Assembly: GCA_965228895.1 (NCBI GenBank)
Contig: OZ245842.1
Location: forward strand, 3,904,001 to 3,968,000
Reading direction: 5' to 3'
Length of the DNA: 64,000 nt
DNA from: Alphaproteobacteria bacterium
Lineage (GTDB): Bacteria; Pseudomonadota; Alphaproteobacteria; SP197
How positions within the stretch are numbered: position 1 is the first letter of the stretch; every line of letters starts with the position of its first letter. Made by a program: the position numbers and the translations under genes. The notes beneath the pieces were generated by a model. That model saw only the letters and a program-made list of their open reading frames with translations. It had not been told where the DNA came from and ran no database searches. This document shows, one piece after another, positions 30,601 through 39,086 of this stretch.

Positions 30601-32467
30601 CGACATGACCGTTGCCGCACCCGTGGTGGCCGACCTCTCCCTGCCACGCTTCCTGGCGCCCGGTGACCGTGCCTGGGCGACACTTGCCGTCGACAATGTC
30701 AGCGGCACGCCCGGCCCGTACAGCTTCCAGGTCAACGCCGGTGGCGCCGTGACGATCATCGGCGCGAACCAGCAGAGCATCGATCTGGCGGTCGGCGACG
30801 GCACCGGTCTGCAATTCGAGCTGGTCGGCGACCATCTTGGCGTGGCGGACATCCAGCTCACCGTGACCGGTCCCGACGACTATCTGGAGGTGCGGTCGTG
30901 GGGCCTGACCGTGCGACCGGCGACACGCGCCGATGTCACGCGTGTCTCGATGACACTCGAGCCCGGCGCATCCGACAGTGTGAGTACATCGTTGTCAGAC
31001 GGTCTCTATCCAGAGTCCGTCGTTGCCACGATCGGCCTCAACACCGTGCCGGCGTTCGACGTCAAAGGTCTGCTCGATGAACTCGCCGCATACGGTTACG
31101 CCTGCGCCGAACAGACGACGAGCCGCGCCTTGCCCCTGCTCTATTTTACGAGCGACGGCATGCTGGGCCCGGATGATGTCATCGAGAACCTCACCACCCA
31201 CCACGATGTCGATGAGGCCGTGCGCAGCGTGCTCGCCATGCAGCGGCCCGACGGCACCTTCGGTTACTGGTGGTGGTACAATGACACCAATCTGTGGCTT
31301 TCGACCTATGTCATGGACTTTCTGGTCCGCGCGCGCGAACGCGGCGTCTTCGTGCCTGAATTCGGCTATGACCGCGGCATCAAGGCGCTGCAACGCGCCG
31401 TCGCCGATTGGCGCGACGAGTCCGGCGACCTCGCCTACGCCTATTATGTGCTCGCCAGAAGCGGCAACAGCGACCTCGCCGAGCTCGAGTACTTCGCCAC
31501 GACGCATTATGAGGACGAGTGGTTCCTGGACGAGGCCTTCATCGCCGCGTCGTTCGATCTGCTCGGCGATCCCGAACGGGCTGCCGAGGTCGCGGCCGGC
31601 ATCAACCCCAACTTGGAAGATCTGCAGAGTCACGAGTGGTCGTGGCGCTATCGTTCGGTTTTGACCGATCTCGCCGCCGCCACGGCGGTGCTCGGCGAGA
31701 GTCGGTCGATCCCGGCGGCCAAGGTCCTGAACCTCGCCCAGCTGACGTCGGAGGTCTATGCCACGCGCCGTTGGATCAGCACCCACGAGGAAGCCTGGAT
31801 GCTGCTGGCGGCACGCAGCCTTGACCGTTTCACCGGCGACGTCCGAGCGACACTCGGCGGCGAAACCATTGACCAGAGCCAGGGTTTGAGCCGCGATCTC
31901 GCCTGGCCGCCGGCAGGCGGGTCGCTCGACGTGGCCAACCAGGGCGACAAACCGCTCTACGCGACCGTCACCGTGCGCGGCTATCCGATGGAAGCGCCGC
32001 CGGCCCAGGAGAACGGCTTTTCGATCGAGCGCCAAGTCTACGACATGGCCGGCAACCCGATCGATCCCAGCACCATGGCCCAACACGACCTGGCGGTCGT
32101 CGTCCTGACCGGTGACTTGAGGGACCGCATCTGGTGGGAGTACGAAACCTGGCACGACATCCTCCTGATCGATTTGTTGCCGGCCGGCCTGGAGATCGAG
32201 AACGCCCGGCTTGAAGGCAACCGCGATCTCGAAAACGTCGCCTGGCTAGGCGACGACCTCTCGCCAACCGACAACGTCGAGCAACGCGACGATCAGTATG
32301 CGGCGGCGCTGAGCTTCGCGGGCAAGACCGGCTTCAAGGTCGCCTACATCGTGCGCGCGGTAACGCCGGGCAGCTATGTCTATCCTGCACCCTATGTGGA
32401 GGACATGTACCGGCCGTACCAGTTCGCGACTGGCAAGACCGGCCAGTTGGACGTAACCGGGAACTAG
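27683..32467 (+). CDS. Bacterial alpha-2-macroglobulin (YfhM-like)
   Basis: About 1590 aa; signal peptide, ERGIYRPGE, AAVDDGIL, PRFLAPGD, thioester motif CAEQ, RAVTPG..EDMY; followed by pbpC. Confidence 0.93.
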   Translation: MTARGLATVWCLVLLAMGLSGPYALAQDTKTLPSLEVTDLAVDPESDPPLACISFDERLAESEGLDWKSFVRIDPDADIAITARRNFLCLEGLKHGERYDVTLKAGLAGTTSALAEDVPLQIVMPDRAPTVSFAAGDDVLPRVGVQGLPVTTVNVPILVLKVFRINERAVAARGGSDLQGGEVYSWTLDDLENESGELLWSGEMDIAGTMNKDVRTAIPLNEVIGTLEPGLYVATALDARRADDDYPAWESQPFMVSNLGVATALGDSGLDVTVRSLADATPLAGVTLELIARNDAVLGTIVTDADGYARFDPGMVRGTGGNRPKLLTATDSEGDYVYVDLASAPIDLSDRGVSGRAPSGPLDAYLYTERGIYRPGETAHITAILRDENGAAASDLPLTFRVLRPDGQEVLQRTSADDEDGGHLLTLDIAGNAYTGTWTVEAYVDPDGARVGQVNFLVDDFVPPRIEVEMSASPDVLSVKTPEATVDVEARFLYGSPAGNLAAELSQVVAKSVHPFADLQDYYFGLAEENVLPRQLDDIAFTTDDAGQASLAIAVPPDEGVQSPVELQLRATVFDVGGRPVSRELTLPIVQQPMLLGIRPSFEDDRAPWRQPAEFDVIAVDWSGQRIDKSGLQWDLFREQYDWVWYEDDQWQYRGVLYDRHIAGGRFDAAADTPARIAAEIDWGWFRLEVYDAETGIASSYRFRGGWSYGVAGSDGTPDAVTVTLSEQVYAPGDTAAVFVQPPFDAEVEIAVMDSGVRDIMRVAVPKEGMEISLPIEATWSPGVYVVATAYNKTPMADELISRRAIGAVWMAVEEPDQRLTVTIDAPDSIEPTQTLAVPIQVSGQAAGTKAFVTLAAVDDGILQLTRFDAPDPASYLLDQRRLGVDLRDIYGRLIDPSASALGQLRSGGDMMRGAGVGSLPQRSSKVVSLFSGIVETDADGRAVIELDIPDFNGRLKLMAVAWTVAGVGAAAVDMTVAAPVVADLSLPRFLAPGDRAWATLAVDNVSGTPGPYSFQVNAGGAVTIIGANQQSIDLAVGDGTGLQFELVGDHLGVADIQLTVTGPDDYLEVRSWGLTVRPATRADVTRVSMTLEPGASDSVSTSLSDGLYPESVVATIGLNTVPAFDVKGLLDELAAYGYACAEQTTSRALPLLYFTSDGMLGPDDVIENLTTHHDVDEAVRSVLAMQRPDGTFGYWWWYNDTNLWLSTYVMDFLVRARERGVFVPEFGYDRGIKALQRAVADWRDESGDLAYAYYVLARSGNSDLAELEYFATTHYEDEWFLDEAFIAASFDLLGDPERAAEVAAGINPNLEDLQSHEWSWRYRSVLTDLAAATAVLGESRSIPAAKVLNLAQLTSEVYATRRWISTHEEAWMLLAARSLDRFTGDVRATLGGETIDQSQGLSRDLAWPPAGGSLDVANQGDKPLYATVTVRGYPMEAPPAQENGFSIERQVYDMAGNPIDPSTMAQHDLAVVVLTGDLRDRIWWEYETWHDILLIDLLPAGLEIENARLEGNRDLENVAWLGDDLSPTDNVEQRDDQYAAALSFAGKTGFKVAYIVRAVTPGSYVYPAPYVEDMYRPYQFATGKTGQLDVTGN

Positions 32468-32474
32468 GCTGGCG

Positions 32475-34580
32475 ATGACGGCACGGGGCAACAGACCGCA
32501 GGCCGGCGCCCGCTGGTGGGCACGCGCCACCATGGGCGTGGCGTTGCTCTTCGCGGCTGTCGTCATTGCCGACCGGCTGGTACCGCCCGACGTTACCCGC
32601 TATGCCGACCGCACCCAGGTTGTCGCCGATCGCGACGGCGACGTGCTGCGTGCCTTCGTCACCGAAGACGGCATGTGGCGACTCAAGACATCCGTCGACG
32701 ATGTCGACCCGCTCTACCTCGCTATGCTGGTCGCCTATGAGGACAGCCGCTTCGATTGGCATTGGGGCGTCGACCCGTTGGCGTTGGCGCGCGCGACCGG
32801 CCAGTGGGTCGCCAACGGCCACGTCGTTTCCGGCGGTTCGACGCTCACCATGCAGGTCGCACGCCTGCTGGAGCCGCGCCCGCGCACGCTCGCCTCCAAG
32901 CTGATCGAGATCGCACGCGCCTATCAGATCGAAGCCCAGTTCAGCAAAGACCAGATCCTCGGCGTTTACCTGACGCTGGCACCCTTCGGCGGCAACCTGG
33001 AAGGCGTGCGTGCCGCCAGCCTCGCCTATTTTGGCAAGGAGCCACGTCATCTCTCGCCAGCGGAAGCCGCACTGTTGGTCGCCCTACCCCAGTCGCCGAC
33101 GGCGCTGCGCCTGGACCGCAACCCTGAGGCCGCGCAAGCGGCGCGTGACCGCGTCCTCGACCGGGTCGCCGCCGCCGGTGTCATCACGTTTGCCGAGGCC
33201 GCGCGCGCGAAGCGCGGCGACGTGCCCGACCTGCGCCAGGACCTGCCCTTCCTGGCGCCACATCTCGCCGAACGCCTGCATGCGCTGGACCCCGATAGCG
33301 AGGAGATCGTCACCACCCTCGACGCCGACCTGCAGCGCGCCGTCGAGCGGGTCATCGGCCTGGCGCCGCCGGTTGCCGACCCTGTCGCGAGCGCTGCCGC
33401 GCTGATCGTCGACAACCGCACGGGCTGTGTGGTCGCCCATGTCGGTGCCTTCGATTACTTTGCCGCCGAACGTCAGGGCATGGTCGATATGACCCAGGCC
33501 ATTCGTTCGCCGGGCTCGGCGCTCAAACCTTTCATCTACGCGCTCGCCTTCGAACGCCGCTTGGTCCACCCCGAAACCATCATCGACGATCGCCCGCGCC
33601 GTTTCGGCGGCTACGCGCCGACCAACTTCGACGGCGGCTTCAACGGCGATGTCTCGATCCGCGTCGCGCTGCAACTCTCGCTCAACGTACCGGCGGTCGC
33701 CGTGCTCGATCGTCTGGGTCCCGTGCGCTTCCAGTCGGCGTTGCAGCAGAGTGGTGTGGCGCTTCATTTGCCAGGCGATGCGCCGGCCGCCTCGCTGCCC
33801 CTGGCGCTGGGCGGCGTCGGCATCACGCTGGAAGACATGGCCGCACTTTACGCCGGACTGGCGCGCGGTGGATCTGTCGCGCCGCTTTGCGTCACAGAGA
33901 CCGAGGCACCGGTCGAACCACACCGCTTGGTCCGTCCGTTCGCCGCATGGTACGTCACCGACATCCTGGGCGGCGCGGCACGGCCTCTCGGGTTCCGTAA
34001 CGAGCACGCCGCCTTGCCGTTCAAGACCGGGACGTCCTATGGCTACCGCGATGCCTGGGCTATCGGCTTCTCCGGCGCCTACACGATCGCGGTGTGGGTC
34101 GGCCGGCCAGACGGCGGATCGTGCACCGGCTGCATCGGCATTGATGTCGCCGCACCCCTGATGCGCCGCTTGTTCGAACTCTTGCCACCCGATGCCATGG
34201 ACGGCCTGTCGCCGGCGCCCGCCGGCAGCGTCATCGCGAGCAACGCCGAGCTGCCCGCCCTGCTGCGCCGCTTCGACCGTAACCTGAGCCCCATGCCTCT
34301 TCCCGATCTCGACATCGCGTTTCCACCTGACGGCGTGCGTGTGCGCCTGGCAGAAGACGACGACGGCGCCGAGGCCCTGCCGCTGCGCGCCGAAGGCGGT
34401 GTCTTGCCGCTGACATGGCTGGTCAACGGTGAACCGGTGCCCACCTATGGCCGACTTTCGCTCGCCGAATGGCTGCCCGACGGCGCCGGCTTTGCTGACA
34501 TTAGAGTCGTCGACAGCCACGGTCAGTCGGCCGCGGCGCGGGTCTTCATCGAGCTGCATGACGCCGGAGGCGCGCTCTAG
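32475..34580 (+). CDS. pbpC: Penicillin-binding protein 1C
   Basis: EDSRF..HWGVD and SGGSTLTMQ transglycosylase motifs; SPGSALKP, SLN, KTGTS transpeptidase motifs; C-terminal BiPBP domain; canonical partner of the a2M gene. Confidence 0.93.
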   Translation: MTARGNRPQAGARWWARATMGVALLFAAVVIADRLVPPDVTRYADRTQVVADRDGDVLRAFVTEDGMWRLKTSVDDVDPLYLAMLVAYEDSRFDWHWGVDPLALARATGQWVANGHVVSGGSTLTMQVARLLEPRPRTLASKLIEIARAYQIEAQFSKDQILGVYLTLAPFGGNLEGVRAASLAYFGKEPRHLSPAEAALLVALPQSPTALRLDRNPEAAQAARDRVLDRVAAAGVITFAEAARAKRGDVPDLRQDLPFLAPHLAERLHALDPDSEEIVTTLDADLQRAVERVIGLAPPVADPVASAAALIVDNRTGCVVAHVGAFDYFAAERQGMVDMTQAIRSPGSALKPFIYALAFERRLVHPETIIDDRPRRFGGYAPTNFDGGFNGDVSIRVALQLSLNVPAVAVLDRLGPVRFQSALQQSGVALHLPGDAPAASLPLALGGVGITLEDMAALYAGLARGGSVAPLCVTETEAPVEPHRLVRPFAAWYVTDILGGAARPLGFRNEHAALPFKTGTSYGYRDAWAIGFSGAYTIAVWVGRPDGGSCTGCIGIDVAAPLMRRLFELLPPDAMDGLSPAPAGSVIASNAELPALLRRFDRNLSPMPLPDLDIAFPPDGVRVRLAEDDDGAEALPLRAEGGVLPLTWLVNGEPVPTYGRLSLAEWLPDGAGFADIRVVDSHGQSAAARVFIELHDAGGAL

Positions 34581-34667
34581 GCTGGCTTAGCCAAGCTTGA
34601 AGAAAACGCTTCCTCAGCCGCCAACGTCGCACCATAGTTTGCCGGTCCGCGTCATGGAGCCGGAACC

Positions 34668-35810
34668 ATGAACAGACCCACCCGTTCCACCAAGGCAATG
34701 CCATTGGACGCTGGCCGCTTCGATCCCGATAGCGCGGAGGCATCGTCGACTCTGCCAGCCTCTTGGTACTACGAGCCGGAAATCTATCGCCGCGAGCACG
34801 AGGCGATCTTCTATCGGACATGGTGGTATCAGTGCCACGTTTCGGACCTCGCCAAGCCCGGCGACTTCACGTGCGGCGCCGTTGCCGACCAGAAGATCTT
34901 CATCATGCGTGGGCGCGACAACGAACTGCGCGCGTTCTACAACGTCTGCAGCCACCGCGCCCATCCGCTGTTGGAAGGCCAGGGCAACAAGGTGCTGATC
35001 ACCTGCCCCTACCATCAGTGGTGCTACAACAGCGACGGCACGTTTCGGCAGGCAGGCGGGCGCGAGACGCTTGAGGGCTGGATCCCCGACAACGCCGACC
35101 TGAAGCCTGTACGCCTCGAAAACTACGGCGGTTTCCTATTCGTCAACCTTGACCCGGACGCCAAGCCGCTTATCGAACAGGCGCCGCAGCTTATGAAGGA
35201 CTTCTACACATGCTGCCCGCGCCTGGACGACCTCGTCCGCGTCGAGCGGCGCGAACGCGAGGTTGCGGCCAACTGGAAGACACTCGTGGACAACAACCAC
35301 GAATGCTACCACTGCGACGCCAACCACAAGTCGCTGATGGAGTTGGTCGACTACGACAACAAGGCCGTCTGGTCCGATGACGGCATCACGTTCTCCCACA
35401 CGGTCGAACGCAAAAAACTCGACAACAGCGCATACGCCCTCAACGACGTCGCGATCGAACAGGATTCGCTGTTCAGTTACATCTGGCCGAGCTTGATACC
35501 GCTGTTCTTTCCGGGAACGCCAAGCGCGGTGATGTTCCAAGTCCTGCCGACCGGGCCCGAGACCTCAACCGTGCGCCACGACTTCTATTTTCTGAGTCGC
35601 GCGCCAAGCGAACAGGAACAGGCTTTCATGGATTGGATGACAAACGTGCTGGTGCCCGAAGACGTAGCCCTGTGCGAACACGTCCAGCAAGGCCTGCATT
35701 CGCGCGGTTATGACCAGGGCAGGTTTGTCGTCGACCGCGACCACGTTGCGTTCTCCGAACACCACGTCCATTTCTTTCAGCGGTTCGTCTATCAGGCGCT
35801 CACGCGATAG
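34668..35810 (+). CDS. Rieske oxygenase alpha subunit, quaternary-amine (CntA/GbcA/CMO-like) group
   Basis: CSHR...CPYH Rieske ligands; NWK.LVDNNHECYHC..H mononuclear Fe motif; ED..LCE.VQQGL.SRGY. Confidence 0.88.
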   Translation: MNRPTRSTKAMPLDAGRFDPDSAEASSTLPASWYYEPEIYRREHEAIFYRTWWYQCHVSDLAKPGDFTCGAVADQKIFIMRGRDNELRAFYNVCSHRAHPLLEGQGNKVLITCPYHQWCYNSDGTFRQAGGRETLEGWIPDNADLKPVRLENYGGFLFVNLDPDAKPLIEQAPQLMKDFYTCCPRLDDLVRVERREREVAANWKTLVDNNHECYHCDANHKSLMELVDYDNKAVWSDDGITFSHTVERKKLDNSAYALNDVAIEQDSLFSYIWPSLIPLFFPGTPSAVMFQVLPTGPETSTVRHDFYFLSRAPSEQEQAFMDWMTNVLVPEDVALCEHVQQGLHSRGYDQGRFVVDRDHVAFSEHHVHFFQRFVYQALTR

Positions 35811-35827
35811 CGCCTCGCATTGCCGGG

Positions 35828-36112
35828 TTACTTGGTTAGACCGCGCCGCAGATCGTCGGGGCTGAGCACGGGCATGATCTCGATAGCTGCATTGACCGCA
35901 GCGAAGAACGGCTCGTTGATCTCCGCCAAGCGCGCTTGATCCTCCAGCTCGAAGAAGACCATGCCGGCGCGCTGGCCGTCCTTGACCATGAAGTAGGCCG
36001 CTTCGGCGTTAGTCTGCTCGAGCAACGTGTCGATCGCCGCGCCCAGCGTACCGTCCTTGGCAGTCTCGTTGCCCTTTTGAACGGGGATGGTGAACGAAAG
36101 CATCAAACGCAT
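35828..36112 (-). CDS. Small conserved hypothetical protein (DUF3303-like)
   Basis: 94-aa ORF with GGAGGA SD; EAAYF...GQR...FF...EPFF...PVL..DDL pattern. Confidence 0.65.
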   Translation of the reverse strand: MRLMLSFTIPVQKGNETAKDGTLGAAIDTLLEQTNAEAAYFMVKDGQRAGMVFFELEDQARLAEINEPFFAAVNAAIEIMPVLSPDDLRRGLTK

Positions 36113-36155
36113 GGTTTCCTCCAGAATGAGAGCGATGGGCGCTCTGGGGGTGGTT

Positions 36156-37418
36156 TCACGTGGGCGGGTTCGCGAATGAGAGCGTACCATCACGCTCGAA
36201 TCGTCCGAACAAGGATTGGCGCCATGCCAAAGAGCGCCGGCAGGCTTCGCGCTCGGCCTCTTTGTCTGGCGGCGCGTTATTCACAGATGCCGCCTCGGCG
36301 GGCCTAGACGTTGCGGCCAAGGGATCGCTGCCGGTCATGAGATCATGGCCGTGCAGGCCACCGGCCAATACGGCGACTTCCGGCCAGCCCTGCTGCATCA
36401 TCCAACTTGCCGTGACGATCGCGCGCGCACCGTCATCGTCGACCAAACACAGGCGCGCGTTGCGCGTCGCCAGATGATCCTCGGTACAGCCCGCGAGCTC
36501 ACCACCGGGAATCGACCGGGCGTCCCAGAGGTGCCCGGCCTGATATTCGTCCGGCGTTCTGACATCGACGACATAGAGCGTGCGATGGTCGGACTCGCGG
36601 CGCCAGATATCGAGTTCGTCCGGCTCGATCGTGCCTACGCCAAATTTTGCGGCGATACGGTCAGCAGCCTCGCGTCCCGCCTCTCTTGCTTTGCTGGAGA
36701 CCGGACCCACCTTGCGCGTTGCGCCAACTTCAAGGTCGTCACCGGTCATGACCCAATCCCCGGTGCCTTCGTCCAGCGCGACGACCGGATTGGCGAAGCC
36801 GGCGTTGATCAGCGTCTGGCAACCCAGGATGCCGCGTGTCTTGCCGCCGCAGTGAACGACAAAAGTCGCGCTCGTATCGACGGCCAGATCAAAGGCATCG
36901 CGAACAAGCTCGGCCACCGGCACGTTGATGGCGCCGGGCAGCGTGCCGCCGTGATATTCATCATAAGGGCGGCTGTCGACCAGGACGATGGGTTCGCCGG
37001 ACGCCAATCGCCGCTTCAGCTCCGCACCGTCTATGCGTGGTGTGGCGCATTGCTCCTGAACGAACAAACCAAAGCAGTTGGCCATGGCGTAGCCGGTCTC
37101 GAACAACGCATAACCCGCCGCTACCCATGTCTGAACGCCACCGTCCAGGGTATACAGATTGCTATAGCCCATCGCCGCCAACCGGATGGCAGCTTCCTCG
37201 GCCAGATCATCACCGTCATCGCACAGGACAACAGGCGTCGAAAGGCGCGGCACAAAGCCACGAACCAGATCGTCCAACCTGCCGATGGGCGTGTTGACAG
37301 CACGTAGCAGGTGGCCGGTCTCATAGGCAGCGCGTTCGCGTGCATCCAGCACGGCGATCTCACCGCCGCCCCTCAGCATGGCGTGAAACGATCCGGGATC
37401 GATGGGGGCAGCCGTCAT
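36156..37418 (-). CDS. Multi-domain rhodanese/sulfurtransferase
   Basis: Three rhodanese repeats (LDARE..GH, VDSRP..EY, VDVRT..EY..GH); active-site-like HCGGKTRG. Confidence 0.85.
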   Translation of the reverse strand: MTAAPIDPGSFHAMLRGGGEIAVLDARERAAYETGHLLRAVNTPIGRLDDLVRGFVPRLSTPVVLCDDGDDLAEEAAIRLAAMGYSNLYTLDGGVQTWVAAGYALFETGYAMANCFGLFVQEQCATPRIDGAELKRRLASGEPIVLVDSRPYDEYHGGTLPGAINVPVAELVRDAFDLAVDTSATFVVHCGGKTRGILGCQTLINAGFANPVVALDEGTGDWVMTGDDLEVGATRKVGPVSSKAREAGREAADRIAAKFGVGTIEPDELDIWRRESDHRTLYVVDVRTPDEYQAGHLWDARSIPGGELAGCTEDHLATRNARLCLVDDDGARAIVTASWMMQQGWPEVAVLAGGLHGHDLMTGSDPLAATSRPAEAASVNNAPPDKEAEREACRRSLAWRQSLFGRFERDGTLSFANPPT

Positions 37419-37442
37419 GGCACGAGACCGGTGCCGATCGGC

Positions 37443-38966
37443 CTAGCGGGCCGCAGCGGGTTCCGAAAGTTGGACGCTGTTCCCAGCCGGCATCTGCGCA
37501 CCATCGCCGGGATTGCTGAACATCAGAACGTCGTCGTCGATCGGCGCATCGCGGATCAGCTTCTTGTCCTGAGCAAAGTCCTGCGTATGGCGCCAGGGCT
37601 CGCGGTCGCCTTGTTTAGGGAATAAATGCATCATGCGTTGCATGTAACCGGCCGAGAAGTCATCGATCCACGGCAGCGCCTGCATGGTCTTGTCGCTGTC
37701 TCGCAGACGCGGCGTCGCCTGGCGCATGCCCAACGCGTCCATCCGGTTGATCAACCGGCACACGAATTCCGCCGTCATATCCGCGCGCAAGGTCCATGAC
37801 GCGTTGATGTAACCGAAGGTCTGCACCAGGTTCGGCACGTCCGAATACATCATGCCCTTATAGGAGAACGTCTCCGGGAACGCGACGGGATCACCGTCGA
37901 CGCTGAACGTGACGCCGCTGGCGACGATCAGCTTTAGACCGGTCGCCGTCACGATAATGTCGGCGTCCAACTCCTTGCCCGACTTGAGTTTGAGACCGGA
38001 TTCCGTAACCGCCTCGATGTGATCCGTCTCGACAACGGCCTTGCCGGCGTTGATGACATTATAGAGGTCGTCATCGGGGATCAGGCATAGCCGCTGATCC
38101 CAGGGGTTGTAGCCCGGCGTGAAATGGGTCTTCACGTCATAGTCAGCGCCCAAGGCCTCGCGAACGAGATAGAGAAGCTCCTGTTTGACGACCTTCGGCT
38201 CCGTGCGCGTGCGGCGATAAAACGCGACATCGTTACGCACGTTTTTCCAGCGGGTCACCTTGTAGGCCATCTCTTCAGGCAGAAAACGCCGCAAGCGGTT
38301 GGCATCGGCGTCGACGGCAGGCATCGACACGACATAAGTCGGCGAGCGCTGCACCATCGTGACCTCGGCACCCTTCTCGGCCATGGCCGGCACCAAGGTC
38401 ATCGCGGTCGCCCCGCTGCCGATGACAACGACCTTCTTACCCGCGTAATCGAGCTCTTCCGGCCAGAACTGCGGGTGAACGATGGTGCCCTGGAAACGCT
38501 CCATGCCATCGATGGCCGGATCATGCGGTTCGTCGTAATTGTAATAGCCGCCACACATTAAAAGCATGTTGCAGGTGAATTGGACGGGCTCGCGCTCGTC
38601 GCCCCTCTCGGCTTCAACCGTCCACCGCGCGTCGTCCGTCGACCAGTGTGCTGCGATAACCTTGTGGCCGTAACAGATGTGATCAGTCACGCCGTGTTCT
38701 TCGGCGGCTTCGCGCACGTAGCTCAGAATTGACGGGCCGTCCGCAATCGCCTTGGCCGCGCGCCAGGGTTTGAAGTTGTAGCCAAGCGTGTGCATGTCGC
38801 TGTCAGAGCGCACACCGGGATAACGGAAGAGATCCCACGTCCCGCCGAGAGCGTCGCGGCCTTCCAGCAGGACAAACGTCTTGCCCGGGCACTCCGCCTG
38901 AAGGTGGCAGGCGCTGCCGATGCCGGAAAGGCCCGCACCGACGATCACAACGTCAAAATCGCTCAC
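37443..38966 (-). CDS. Baeyer-Villiger-type FAD monooxygenase (EthA/AlmA-like)
   Basis: GAGLSG, GGTWDLFRYPG.RSDSD, FQGTIVHPQFWP, GSGATA, QRSPTY, PWDQRLC. Confidence 0.92.
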   Translation of the reverse strand: MSDFDVVIVGAGLSGIGSACHLQAECPGKTFVLLEGRDALGGTWDLFRYPGVRSDSDMHTLGYNFKPWRAAKAIADGPSILSYVREAAEEHGVTDHICYGHKVIAAHWSTDDARWTVEAERGDEREPVQFTCNMLLMCGGYYNYDEPHDPAIDGMERFQGTIVHPQFWPEELDYAGKKVVVIGSGATAMTLVPAMAEKGAEVTMVQRSPTYVVSMPAVDADANRLRRFLPEEMAYKVTRWKNVRNDVAFYRRTRTEPKVVKQELLYLVREALGADYDVKTHFTPGYNPWDQRLCLIPDDDLYNVINAGKAVVETDHIEAVTESGLKLKSGKELDADIIVTATGLKLIVASGVTFSVDGDPVAFPETFSYKGMMYSDVPNLVQTFGYINASWTLRADMTAEFVCRLINRMDALGMRQATPRLRDSDKTMQALPWIDDFSAGYMQRMMHLFPKQGDREPWRHTQDFAQDKKLIRDAPIDDDVLMFSNPGDGAQMPAGNSVQLSEPAAAR

Positions 38967-39086
38967 GGCATTCTCCGAAGCGCCAAGAAATCGTCGCGAT
39001 TATTCCCTTCTTTCGCCGCCATCGCCACCAATAGTAAGGCTGCACGACGCCGGCCACGGGGGGCGGCGGAAACCGGGGGAACCCTT

